Source: Pecten maximus
Lineage: Eukaryota
Reading direction: 5' to 3'
DNA length: 64,000 nucleotides
NCBI RefSeq assembly: GCF_902652985.1
Contig: NC_047022.1
Span: 42,780,001 to 42,844,000, forward strand
Shown: one piece after another, positions 1 to 13,300 of the stretch
Layout: the number at the start of each line of letters is the position of its first letter
Numbering within the stretch: the stretch's first letter is position 1
Translations under genes and position numbers: made by a program
The notes under the pieces: generated by a model
What the model was told of the DNA's origin: nothing
Database searches by the model: none
What the model saw: the letters and a program-made list of their open reading frames with translations, nothing else

Positions 1-2603
1 TGTAACTCGGATGAGCTGAGGCAGTTTTTGGGATTTGCCGGGTATTACCATAAGTTTGTGAAGAATTTTAGTCAGATCGCCCGTCCACTGAATGATTTAC
101 TACCACCTACCCGTAGAAAGAGGTCCAAGAGCCCGCTACCATCCAGTGCCATCAAGTGGTCATGGGATACGGAGCAGGAAGAGGCATTTAGACGACTGAA
201 GGATGTACTTTGCAGTCCTGTGGTACTTGGATATCCAGACTACAATTTACCTTTTGAGTTGCATACTGATGCTTCGGGAAATGGATTGGGTGCAGTGTTA
301 TACCAACATCAAGATGGACAGCTTAGACCCATACATTACGCCAGCCGGTGAACCAGTAAGTCGGAACGCCAAGTGGGCCATCACAGAGACGTTCCACGAT
401 TACTTGTATGGGAGTACCTTTACTGTTTACACTGACAACAATCCCTTGACTTATATTTTGACGAAGGTTAAGCTTGATGCTACAGGACATAGATGGCTGT
501 CAGCATTGTCTACATACCATTTTGACATCAAGTATCGACCTGGAAAGGGGAATGTAGCTGCAGATGCTTTATCCAGATTACCAGTTTCATCGGACAGTAA
601 AGATGATTAGCTAGATACCCACACAGAGGAAATATCCATAGACGGTGTGCAGGCTGTCTGTAAGGGAATGGTATTTGCTGAAGATCCCTTGGTGGAGAGT
701 GTTTGTATGTCAGCTGATGCTGCAGATGTACTGGACCAAGATGTACATGATATACAGGCTATGACACCTCACACGTGGAGACAGCTACAGTCTAAGGACC
801 CTCTCATTGGACAGCTACTACCTCTCGTCCGTCGCCAAGAACGTCCAAGTAAGAAGGCGATTCCCAAGAATCCTGAGTGGGCTACTATTGTTAGGGTTTG
901 GGACAGTTTGAAGCTGAAACGTGGGGTATTGTATCGATGCTTGCAGCAAAGACATTCGACAATAGACAAACTTTGCATTCCAAGTTTTTATGAAGGACAA
1001 GGTTTTGACATGCTTACATGATGATGTCGGCCATCCTGGATGCGACCGGATATTGTCTTTGTTAAGAGATAGATTCTTCTTTCCGTGTTTGTCTAAGGAT
1101 GTAGATGCTTGGATAAAGTGTCCGCGGTGCGTGCCGCGCAAAACCCCTACCACACAGCGGGTACCATTGGTTTCCATAGTTACGACACAGCCCATGGAAC
1201 TGGTCTGCATAGATTACCTTACTCTAGAGACTTGCAAGGGTGGATATTCCTACGTACTAGTAGTGACGGATCACTTTACGCGATACGCTCAAGCTATTCC
1301 GACGCGGAACATGTCCGCTAGGACGACGGCTGATGCACTGTTAGCTTACATACAGCACTATGGTATACCACGTCGTTTTCACTCAGATCAGGGTGCTAAT
1401 TTCTGTGGGGAGGTCATCCGCCATCTGTGCTTGTTGTTGGGGATTGAGAAGTCCAGGACCTCGCCATACCACCCCAGTGGTAACGGTACCTGCGAGCGTT
1501 TTAATCGTACATTGATGAATATGCTTGGGACTTTAGACGTGGACCAGAAGCGTGATTGGAAGTGTCACCTGGGACCTTTGACCTTTGCATACAACTCTAC
1601 TCGACATGACTCAACAGGTTACTCGCCGTTCCAGTTGATGTTTGGACGCCAGCCGCGGTTACCTGTTGATTTGCTTTTTGGATTGGGTGAGAGTGAGGCA
1701 GCCCCGAAGGTACCCCAGTATGTTAAGGATCTCAGGAAGCGGATGAGCCAGTCTTCTGAGCTAGCCAGCAGGAAGGCTAGAGATGCTCAGCAGCGCCAGA
1801 AGGCCACCTATAACCTTAAGGCTCGTCACGCAGTCTTGGATATTGATGACCGAGTCTTGGTCAAGATTTTAGCTTTCGAGGGGCGGCATAAATTGTGCAA
1901 TCGATGGGAGTCTGATGTTTATATCGTCGTGAGACAGGACAATCCAGACATTCCAGTATATCCAGTAAGGAAGGAGGACGGTCACGGCAAGGACAGGGTG
2001 ATGCACCGGAACCATCTACTCCCCATTGGATCTCTGCCCATGGGGAATAAGGTTGAGATGGCTCGGCCATGTCCAGCACCTCGGACAGGGATAACCCGGA
2101 GTCGGAGGTTGGAACCAGCTGTAGAGTCAGTCTCTGATCACCAGTCAACGAGTGATAGCGACGATGATTTTGATGACATGGGAGAAGATGTAGCAACCTA
2201 CATCTGGAGGCCGCCCATACCGGAAGGGAGTTCTTCTTCATCCGCAGACGACTTGAGTTCAGACGATGATGATTACGAGTTGGGTGAGGAAGAACCGAAA
2301 GCTGGAGTTCCACCTGGACATTTAGCAACGCCACCAGCCGATCCAGTCAACGCTCCGCCTACTCAGGATGTGCCACCAGCAGTACCAATTCCCACTCCAG
2401 TACCAAGGAGATCTACAAGGGAAAGGAAGCCTCCGAGTTGGATGCAGTCTGGGGATTTTGTCTGTAAACAGGCATGTTTCCAACCCGAGATTGCTGAGTG
2501 GGAGAAGAAAGCTATGTTTTTAATTAACATTACTGATGGAGATATGTTTAATCGAATGTCTGATGTTGCCAGGGATACCTTGCTGCATATTTTGAAGTCT
2601 TAG
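1..2603 (+). pseudogene. pol: Gypsy pol (RT C-terminus, RNase H, integrase), disrupted
   Basis: ORF pieces 1-351, 203-610, 647-1021, 990-2603. RNase H is broken after HYASR, there is an in-frame TAG at 608-610 and a frameshift near 985. Integrase HHCC (HDDVGH..CPRC), core (IDYL, HSDQG, GTCERFN), acidic/Pro-rich tail with RRSTRERKPP. Confidence 0.93.
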
Positions 2604-2956
2604 GTAGGGAGTTTGTATACCTGGGATATATCTGTGTTTTTATCATTATCAATTTTTTTCCTGACTACATTGTACATTTTATTTGATATTTTCCATTTGT
2701 TTGATGGAGTTTTTTGTGGAAGATGTGAACATCTTCTTTGAGAGCAGGGAAGGAAGGTGTACAATTTTTGTGTATTTTTGAATTTTTATAAGAGTATAAT
2801 CATATCGTTCATATTTTTTGAACATGATGGTCATAGAATATATGTGACTGCGAATTGTATTTTCAAGTTTTTTGTACATGGGTATTTTTTTTTTTTTTTG
2901 TAAGCACATTATGATGCTGGAAAGATGTGGACATCTTTCATACAAGGAGGAGAGAA

Positions 2957-4059
2957 TGTAACAGTGTTATTATTTAATGACATTGGTATTTTGATAGATA
3001 TTATTTTAAAGGTGTTTATTTTTAAAAACTTATACTTCAATAGAGCAGAGTATGTTTGCTCTAATGTGTTTTTTATATCTATATATATACATGTGCACGT
3101 GGTATATAACACCTGTAAACCGGTTTGTCAAGGTTCAAGGGTTATTCTATTTTTACGTAAGATCGACCATGGGTCAGTACGCACCCGCGCTTTTGGGAGC
3201 TTTGTCACTCCCGTGCAAGTCTTCAATAGTGTTGGACGTGTACACGTAGGCTTCCGTGATGTACAGAGTGCTCCTAGGGTAATAAGAAATCCTAAATCGT
3301 AAGTACTTTGATAATAGTTATGGCCTTTATATTATCTATATTTCTTGTTATACCATTTGCAGTTGTAAATTATTTACTTTATAAAGTCATTTAAACTGGT
3401 TAATCACTGGAGACGATGTTTTTTTAAATTTGCCTTTCCCGCCATTTTGTGCTTATTGTATTCTTTGACAAAATGGTTTAATGTAATTTGATGTTCTCTT
3501 TTGCATCATATCAGTTATATTGAATATTCTTGTAAACGTCCAGCGTCGGTACATTTTTGGTAATTGTAATTATGTTCTTAGTTGTAGCGTAATATTGCAC
3601 TGAAGACGGTTTGCCAGGTACGGGTTGTTTCCCTGGAGTAAAACCCTCTTCGTTTATGAAGAGGTGGGTTTCTTGTGTGATTCTGTATGGTGCATACAAT
3701 TGTTGTCAAACCATTATTAATGTACATGTATATTTTTAACTATGATATCTGTCAGAAACTGTATCATGCATTTGGAAAATAGATAGACATAAGCGTTAGG
3801 CTCAGATGATTCAATTTGTGTAATGATAACGCCTGTGTTATTCAGTGTAATTGAATAGTAGTATTTATATAGTGAAGCGTAAAGTATGTAGCTGGTAGCA
3901 GGTGCGTTAACCTGTTGCGTTAGTGTGTATGAATGATTCCATTGGAATGCATTAGCTACATGTACTGTTGATTGTTTTAGTAAATTGTTATTTGTTGTTA
4001 TAGGGTTTTTCTACAACCGCCATTAATAAATGTTGTTACTACAAAAATACACGGTTACA
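2957..4059 (+). repeat. 3' LTR of the Gypsy element
   Basis: TGTAAC...GTTACA termini, preceded by a polypurine tract, polyA signal near the end. The partner LTR is outside the window. Confidence 0.8.
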
Positions 4060-4360
4060 TAGATAATATCAATGCCGGATTGCAAAAAAAGTAATCACAG
4101 GACATGAGAAATAACATTCCTTTTATTACCAAAGAAGACTAGTTGTCGAGTTTGTATATTTACGTAGTGACTCAAAATAAAACATGACACTTCTTTTGTA
4201 ACACGGAATGTTACGTGTGTGGAAGATCCATTTAATCTCTCTGCGATACTGCTGTGTAACGTTGTGTGATTAACTTTTGTGTGTAACTAATGAACTGATC
4301 GTCCTTCCGCTTTTTCTTCACTTTTTTTTTACTTTATACACCATACAATCTTGATTGTAT

Positions 4361-4442
4361 TTCAATTTCAAATAATTTTATTGACAAAAATACAATTGTC
4401 AAAGGGATTAGACATCAGGCATTGCCTATATAAGTCTTCTCC
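4361..4442 (-). mobile_element. Severely 5'-truncated CR1-like LINE 3' end (82 bp)
   Basis: Flanked by the direct repeat CTTGATTGTAT (4350-4360, 4443-4453). Minus strand reads GGAGAAGAC..TAGGCA..GCCTG..TGTCT..TTTGACAAT..AATAAAA..TGAAATTGAAA, resembling the LINE terminus at 44480-44578. Confidence 0.75.
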
Positions 4443-6859
4443 CTTGATTGTATGTTTGACCTGTGTGGTGTTCATTATCATGTAATATGCGTCGATCTGG
4501 GGCCCAGTAACACACAAACGACTTAACATGCCCGTATCAAAACTGCAAAAAAAAAAACAAAAAAAAAAAACATCGACGCTTTAATCAAGCATGATAATAC
4601 AGCCTGAATACGTTGGCTATATATTACAGTACAGTATAATTCAAGCTGCTGCTGGCTTTATACATTACACAGCTGAAGCTGCTTCTTTATTGTATTTTGA
4701 TTATCTTATTTTGTTTTGTTTGTTTATCTTAATCGTAATAAGTCATTCGCCTATTTGTATGGTAATGCTCTCCATGACATATCAACGAACTATGATTTTT
4801 TTAAATATAAAGATGTAGATGTAGCTCACCTAGGTATCGAATAATTCAATTGTCCTTTTATTGATTAAATTAAAGCAAGAATTTCTGTCTGTATCAATAG
4901 CTTCAAAGAACTTGTTACTACCTTTAAACATAGCAAACTGGGTAAACAAAAGATTTCGTTCAGTATATGGAGATTGTATTAAAATTCATAAGTAATTAAT
5001 ACGAGATTTCTTCAAATTTGCTGTCTGTTCTATTGTTTTCATCAATATTTTATCTTACATCTGTTCATATTATTGGGGTATTTGAGGGATATTCGACACA
5101 AACTACAATATTTCTTATTGTACCTCCTATATCTCAAAACCAGTGTGATGACCTTTAAAACAAATTGGTGAAATCACCCATCGCATTTTATGTTTTTGTT
5201 AGTTTTTTCACCTGTCGATTGTATAATTTTCACATACAATTCGTACTTTACTGCTAATACTTGAAACCTATTATGACGCAATCAGTAGCGTGTGAACGTT
5301 TGCTAATCGATCTATACTTGATCGATAAATACTTCCCTCTCAAACTCTATTGATGTTACATACATTTTATGAAAGAGGGATCCTTTGAAATCTTGACTTG
5401 TGCGGAATATTCTTCAAAGAACAGTATTTACTCGATGGGACAAACACCCTGGTACTGCGATTCTACTGAAACGTCATGTCGCAATCATGTCATTGTTATG
5501 ATCTGTGTTACATGTCTCCCAGTCTATTAGAATGAAACGTAAACTGGCTGATTCGGTATGTCATTATTTCATGAGTTGTGCTTCTGAAGCCGGTAGGTAA
5601 GATTTGATCAGCATAGTCTTAGGTCTTAGTGTCAATACGGCATTGAGACGTAATTTGATTAAGGTTTAAGTGTATCAGGAATCATTCTCAATATCAAGTT
5701 TGAAAATACATCGCTGCAAACAATTAGAAGATCCAAAAAATGGGAACATTATAGCGACTTTCGTTTCAGAAATGTAGCATTTGTTCTTGAAATCGCACCT
5801 GTACCAGACAGCTCTGTGACGTCTCAAGTTCAACGCAGTCGACACAGCTATATTAGATATTAGCAAAGAAGGGCGAAATGTGTAGTAAAATACGCCGCCT
5901 GTCGTGTGATTAATCAAAGTTTTATATAATTTGTTTTATTGTGATCGACTTTCATAAACGATAGTATAACACAACCATAGCCTTTTATTCTATATGTTAT
6001 AATGTGACAGCGGGTTTCATCCATTTTCAGCGACATGCGTATGTGTAATTCAGTTTTTAAAGATCGTGCGGGAGACAGCTAATCTATCAACGGACTTACA
6101 TTGATATAGATATAGTTAGACGAATGAAAGTGTCCCCGTGGAAGAAAATATATTTAAAATAGTAAATTTGCTCCATCATTGGAGCTCTTCAGACTCGTCT
6201 TTTTGAAGACTTGTATGACGTCATAGTTAGCATGACATCACAACAACATATATAGAGTATATTGAATTGTTTCCCGTTAAATATAACATACATTTCACGA
6301 ATGTGACAGAATATCGAAATATTTGTCATTAAAAAATAAATATATAAATAAATAAATAAACAAATAAATTTATACAAATATATAAACAGCTAAACCCAGA
6401 CACGGATATACTTATATAAGTCTTTGTTTTACCCAATACATTTGGATTTCATATTGTGAAAATAAGTAAAACAAGTGTAACAGTGAAATCACATATATGG
6501 ATTCATGATTAGTAAATAGTAGTGATAGATACAGAGGGCAGCACTAATTGTTACTTGTCAAAATGATGTTTTTCTTTCTATTTGTCAAACAGTGAGTAGA
6601 CTGTAATTCAGAAGTCACAATTTTTTTCTACATTTATGATGTAAGACTTTAAACACTTAATATTGCTTAACAATGTTTGCATATAATTATCTGTGATAGA
6701 TTGGTTCATATTTAGACACAATGCTGTCGATCACTGAAGATAAATGTTATACCCGTATCACCGAAACCGTCACGTTACACTATATGTCGGGCCTCGGCAT
6801 CTTGTAACAGACTTATGTCTTAGACTAAACTGGATCCCGGGGCAAGGTCTATGTACAGG

Positions 6860-9790
6860 ATTTCAGATATAAACCACCACTGTTTTAGATTAAAGGATAT
6901 GATTATATTTGTTCATTCATTTAGGCACGCTTCATTGCGTGTACTGCTTATAAATACATTATATCCAATCTCAAGATATTGAAAAGAGCAAAAATGTCAT
7001 TGTCGTCTTAAAACACACATATTTTCACGTTGAAAGCCATATTCATACGAGTAAAGCTACTATCTCCATGTGAAATTGTCTTTAAGGCTACATATAGGGC
7101 CTAATAGCCAAACACGTATCAAATAAAAGTTAAAGGCCGGAGAATTCCTCAAATACTTTATTAATTAATTAAAGATACATACAGAACATAGTGTATGCTA
7201 ATTGCCTACGTTCGACCTTGATTACCTACGGTAAGTAAGTCTAAAGTCAAGTCTGGTTTCAATTTATAACTGTAGGACAAATAAAACATCTAAGACAATT
7301 ATACAAAATACTAACACAAATTCTGCCTTTTTAATGCCGCGCGATATATGACTACATTGTTATGGGTAATATCATGACATAGCACCAAGCGGCGCATGTG
7401 GAGCTAAATTAACTTTTTGATAAGGTGTTTTCCTGTCGACCATTAAAAGCGTTTATGTTTCAATCTCATCTCTTTTACAAAGATCTAAGTGCAAATGGTT
7501 TGTCCTATGTTGTCGCCGATGGATCAGATGATGCATATTTTCTCGGATCACACTATATGCCCTATACATTTACACGAGTCTCCTTGCAAATCTCATATTT
7601 TGATATCCTCATTATCCATTTTGAATTGAAATTATGGCTTTGTTAAAATGGCAATGACAATACTTTAGAAAACGGATACATATAGAAATTCCATAGACTG
7701 GACCTCACTTGGTGAAGTAAAAGCTCAAAAAGCCTTCAATTTGCATTAATTGTTTTATTGATAGTCTAATATGAAATATTAGGCAGATTTACACAGCAGA
7801 TATGGGGCCTGCCTGTCATCCCAGCACAGTCAATTTAACACACGCGCAGGGCTTCACTTGAAGCTTTCGGAGATTTATGCCCCTCCTTACTGACCAGTAC
7901 GGGTCATGCCAAGGCTAAATAAACATCATCACAGGACATCTTATGTCTGCTTGTCAACTACACACAGGTGCAAATCTATACTCAAAGTACCGGCTGATTT
8001 TTATGTTCTCTGTCTATCAGCTGCACAAACTTGATCAAAGCGACTTCCACATTCTGAACGTAATAGACAGACAAGATTTGAATGCAGATATCATCTTTGG
8101 GAATCTGGAATCTAATTACCCTTATCACCCAATCTTGACCAGTCTGTCACCAGTTATGACCTGACAGTTATCTATAAAGGGAGTTTTCACTCCGGCACCT
8201 AATTTACATATTTTAATTAAATATCCCCTTACTAACAAGGTAAGGATGTAAAGAGATCCAATCAGAAGACCACGCTCGGTGACATGGCTAATACCAATTT
8301 CTCCACAAAAATTCTAGCCAAACTTCAATTGTTGTTCTAACTGCCGGAACAAACATACATACCAACCATCTCCCCACTGCCACCTTTATCTAATTGGTTG
8401 CCTGTGACATTATCAGTTTAACCCCTTGGGCCTATGGCAGTAAACTGAGACCATGTAATAACATAATAACATGGACTAATAATGATGCCAGACTACTGTT
8501 ATACACCTCAAATCGGTCAATCCAACCCCAGAACCTAGCTAAAGCTAGACTGCACACATGTACATCAACTCTATCCGGCCCAGGGTAAGACAGTAAGTCA
8601 AACTCCTGGCCTAAGTGATGTTAATCCCCCCAACTCTTGCCGACTCCTGGACATTAGAGCGACCAGGCTATGGTACCCTTGAGCTTCAAGTCAGCCATAC
8701 TTCAAAGCCATGTTCTCAACGGGTTGTTGGCCAAAGATTTTCAGCATCATGCTCTTCAGCACTACGGGATTCAAATAGCCCAGGGCTATACCCCATCTAG
8801 TCCAAGGGAGGTAATTGCTAAGGTGACATGCACCACTTATATGCAAATGTTTTTTTTCCAATAAATGCTGTAAAACTATTTTACATTGTGTGTTATGTGT
8901 TGAGTAAAACTTCGTCAACAGCAGCAACCCTATATTCCTACCGTCCCTCTTTTCACTCCAAAAATATGTGTCCTGGGATATTTAATGCTACCTGGCATTC
9001 GTTCTACTTCCAGATAACTTACTGAAGCCTTATTGAGCTTTACTGAGCTATCTATGGTTGATAGGGAGGTGCTTTTTTTAAATGTGCATCACTATATAAC
9101 AAAAAATAACATATTTCAAGTCCTGACAGCAATCTATATACTTGTCACTACAGAACGGTGCAAACATATCTCTCCTATCCTTCATATTTGTTAGACATTT
9201 CATTAATCCAAAAGTATTTTTTTTTCTATGTTTTCCTGGTGATTTGATTGTTGACATTGAATGTAAATTAGGTTATTAACATTTCTATACACCTGCTTGA
9301 CGTATTTGAATACTTTTTTCCAATAAATTTGAAAGACTGGAATTGCATTTACATCTAATTTGAAATGCATGGTTATACCTAAATTAGCACTGTGTTTGTT
9401 TGTACGAATATTCATATTTATATACCATCTTTATTTAATGGGTCATATCAGTATTCAATTAAATTTATTAAACTCATTTACATTATACGAAAATAATGAC
9501 TTTAAATCATCATGTTATTGCTTTTAAAGGGAGCTGTTATAATTAGTTTTAAATGGCTTTTCTGTCCGCTATGATTAATTTATTTGAGTGCATCTCCACT
9601 CACCTTGAGAAATCTTTCTTGCAAAAGGCAGTAATTTCTTTAGGTTGTCTCAACCGTAGTTCTACTAAGAATGTAACTTACCATGGATTGGATCTAGCTT
9701 TACATGTTGGGTGTTCGCGATAAAGCAGAAGACGCTTACTATGCCGGTGTACCCGGATTTATTATACTTGTGCTTTTTCAGTTGAAAGTA
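6860..9790 (+). repeat. Copy A of an old diverged local duplication (copy B ~12360-16480)
   Basis: Collinear shared blocks, e.g. GTTGAAAGCCATATTCATACGAGT (~7030, ~12527), TTTTGAT.AGGTGTT.TCCTGTC (~7415, ~12850), GAAGCCTTA.TGAGC (~9024, ~13517), GATCTAGCTTTACATG..GATAAAGCAGAAG..TGTACCCGG (~9690-9756, ~14720-14786). Confidence 0.8.
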
Positions 9791-10189
9791 TGGTTTCCTT
9801 ATACAGATTCTTTTTACCCCCTTTTTTTTACAGATATGGGTTTCATAAATTTCTGTTGCTACTATTACAGATGCATAACGATAAAGCGGTATATGAAGCC
9901 TGGTTTAGAATTTCTTATGATGCAGATACTTTATTTACACACTTCCAAAGATGCCGATGAAACTTAATAATCTAGCAGGAGCTCAAATAATGTATTTAAA
10001 ACGAAAAAAAACCCAACCAATATGAATATGAACGTGATTTTTCTTTACTGATAACAATTGCAAACATAATATGTATCACGTAAAGCATGGAGAAGATGAA
10101 AGCTCACGGGTCAGTGTAATGTCATTGTAAAGGTGAATATTCATATTATAAGAGTGTGACGCTAATATGAAGATCAAATACGTACGCTG

Positions 10190-10365
10190 CACCCTAGCCC
10201 TCCATCTCTTGGTTGCGAGTTCGAAATCTACGTGGGGCAGTTGCCAGGTACTGACCGTAGGCCGGTGGTTTTCGGCTTTTGTCCACCTCCAAAATCTGGC
10301 ACGTCCTTAAATGACCATGGCTGGTAATAGGGCGTTAAACAAAAACAAACCAAACCAAACCAAAA
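10190..10365 (+). mobile_element. 5'-truncated tRNA-derived SINE (bivalve V-SINE-like)
   Basis: B-box-like GAGTTCGAAATC (~10217). The 3' tail CGTCCTTAAATGACC..AATAGG.CGTTAAAC(AAACC)n is shared with the SINE at 55581-56123. Confidence 0.75.
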
Positions 10366-13300
10366 CTAAGATAATATTAAGAAAAAGAAGTTTTGGTATT
10401 TGTTCAAGAAGTGGGTACCTTTAAAGTAGGTTTTGGTGTTTGCCTTTTTAAAATGTCCAAATGATTTTTATTTTCAGCCTGTTTAGCTTTTTGCTTTATA
10501 TGAGTATATAGATAGCCTTACATAACAGAATGTATTAAGAAATATATCCTTGTATGCATGGTAATTGTGGCCAAAAGTAATACGTACTACAATGCATGGG
10601 CTCTGATGAACATAAGTGATCAATTTCTTTTTCCAATGTATCCTTTTTTTGCAAAATATGAGTACATATTTGCCTTCTAAAGGTTCTAGGTTGTATAAAT
10701 CACCATTACAAATTAACTCACGAAATGAAGAAGAAATTGTAATCACCAGGCACGTCATACACGTCATTAATTTAGATCATAAATTGAATAATTCGTGATG
10801 GGTGAAGGGATGTATGCAAATCCATAACACACACACTGAAAAAGGTTTTTTTTTTAAAGATATACCCAATAATATGAAAAAATCCAAAATAAAAATTGGT
10901 TTACCGTGATGTCTCTTTAAGATATTTTCATCACTCTTCAAAACAAATATTCAGAGCAGTATAGACTGACACAACTATGTATATTTTTATGTTCTGTATG
11001 CAGTGTTTATTCTTAGTTTTTGGTATACAATTCAATGTTTAAGTTATGGGAAAACCCATTTCAAATATAGCGATACTCTAAATATAGTGCAACATGTTGC
11101 GCCCTCTGGCGGGGACAGGGTTGGTTGTATAGTGGCGACACGATAGATCACACGTATATTTATTTCTTTGGGATTTTTTTTAACAACATGCGTGAACAAG
11201 TTTATTCGTAGTTTGCACACAAAGGTGCACCAAAGGATAATTATTGTTCGTGAAATTGTATACACAGGTGTATAAGGCCGCGTCTCTGCTTTACCGCACA
11301 CATAAAATGCGATTATTATGGAAAGATGTGAGAACCAAACAAAGGAAAAAGAATAATTACCACTCTACCAGACTATTTGATATATGCTGATAACACAAAC
11401 CGTTTAAAAATAAGATTTAGGAAAAATAAGGCCACAATTGTTATTTTCAGAGGCAAACGACTAATTTGACTGTTATATAACCATGCATTCTGTATTATTT
11501 GTATTATATGGATTATATCTAAATTTTATCGATATTATTACCATTATTAATCATTTCTTTGTTAGTTCGTATCCGGGGAAGAGGATTGTACCAATCCTGT
11601 ACTGGAATAAACCCAATAAAACTATGTGCTTATAGTCCTATCCACGGTCGTTTCAAATGGTATAAATATATGGATATAATGTAAACATTGATATAAACAA
11701 CATGGCCGTAGTTATAAATCGTGGGTTTGGAAATGTGTGCCTCTTACTTGTGATTACATGTAAAATATTCTTTTTACAAATGCAATTTGTGTCCTCGTGA
11801 ATGTCGAATATTAGTTAGTTGTCACGAACATTTTGTAACTTACACTTTAATATTTCCTGAAGGTCCTGGCATCTTGGCCACGTCCAAATGGCGACGAAAA
11901 AACTATTAATATTTTGTTCAAGTCATGTCGCACATAAGAGAAAGATCTTTGTGCTTTATAATGCTTAACATAATAACAATAATAACATAACAAAATGTTC
12001 GTTGATCGAATGAAGGTACATGAAGATACATCTATAAGGTATACTCTTATCTACGCACGTTTTCGATTATCCTGACTAATTGAATGTTTTACTTGATCAA
12101 TAGAATTTGGATCTACAAAGTCGGCCTACGGCGCAATATTACAATTACCATTTTAATATTTCAAGTGCTGTACAATATAAATAAAAAGCAAGATAATATG
12201 TATCTAGGTTAGACTATAGAAAGTGACAATTTATTTACCCAATATCCAACACAACCCAAACCACTATTTTGTATAGTAAGTGAATTTATCACGCAAACTG
12301 TCGTATTAAGATACACTATTAGGATAGTTCTGGTCTATGTACAACATTTCAGAATTATCCTCCGATATAAATCACCAATGCTTGATATTTAAGGTATAGT
12401 CTTTTTGTTCATTCATTTGAGCAACCATTTATGGAGTGTTCAGTTTATCAATACCTTTTATCCTATGACAAGAACAAAAATTTTAATTGTTTTTTGAACA
12501 CACCACTTTTCACATTGAGGAACCCAGTTGAAAGCCATATTCATACGAGTGGTATGCCACAGTGGAATTTACCGTACTGTTCATGTTCGGCAAGCGACTT
12601 AGGTGAGGGCCAATATTGATTAATGTTAAAATCATCTTTATGGTTACATATAACATCCAAAACTATATTGAATACAAGGCAAGGAATATCTTAATTACTT
12701 TATTGTATGCTTAATGATACATGAAGTTCAATTGTGCAATTGTGTTACCTTGATCATACTGTAAGTAGGTATAAAGTCAGGATTGGTTTCGATTCAATGA
12801 TTTACTTGCATGACGTATACTTTGTCAATGGCGTACGGCCAATACGATTTTGATCAGGTGTTGTCCTGTCATTTCTTGCAACATCTATTAGGAAATTATA
12901 AAATCAATTTGCATTGAAATGTTTCACACTTCTACCATAAGAAAAACCTTTAGCTATTAACCCTATCCACTCGGTGTGAATACTGGGAGCTGTTTGTAAC
13001 GGAACGGTTAGAAATTACAAAGAGCTATATTCAGTGAGCTCGAATCAGGCATAAGATATTTCGTCATCGGACCTGACTCAACAAAAAAATACCTTTGATT
13101 TTAAAGGAGTCGATTTATACAGGCGTTTTTACGTAAGGTTTAAGTGTGTGTAGTCAATGAGTTTTTTTTATTCCAATTATAAATAACCTTTAAATTGTTT
13201 GAAGAAATTGGCTTAATTTCAATTAACAAGTAAGTCAAAGTACTTTACATCTGCTGTCAAAATAGTAGTGTTTGTCGCATATCACCGACGGAAACGAGAC

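Larger units (their letters stand above)
1..4059 (+). mobile_element. Ty3/Gypsy LTR retrotransposon, 3' portion (5' part outside the window), decayed
   Basis: RT thumb/RNase H (LRQFLGFAGYY, FELHTDAS, VYTDNNPL, ADALSR), then integrase. Purine tract AAGGAGGAGAGAA at 2944-2956 lies directly before TGTAAC (2957); the matching GTTACA ends at 4059, with AATAAA at 4025. Confidence 0.93.

Noticed and set aside
1-10. TGTAAC at position 1 as an LTR start
   Set aside because: It lies within the pol frame (CNSDELRQFLG) and does not match 2957 onward beyond 6 bp.
8400-8850. Minus-strand GTGGTGCATG suggesting 18S rRNA
   Set aside because: Only a 10-mer; the flanks do not follow rRNA sequence.
10200-10240. 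tRNA gene
   Set aside because: B-box only, no cloverleaf; part of a SINE head.
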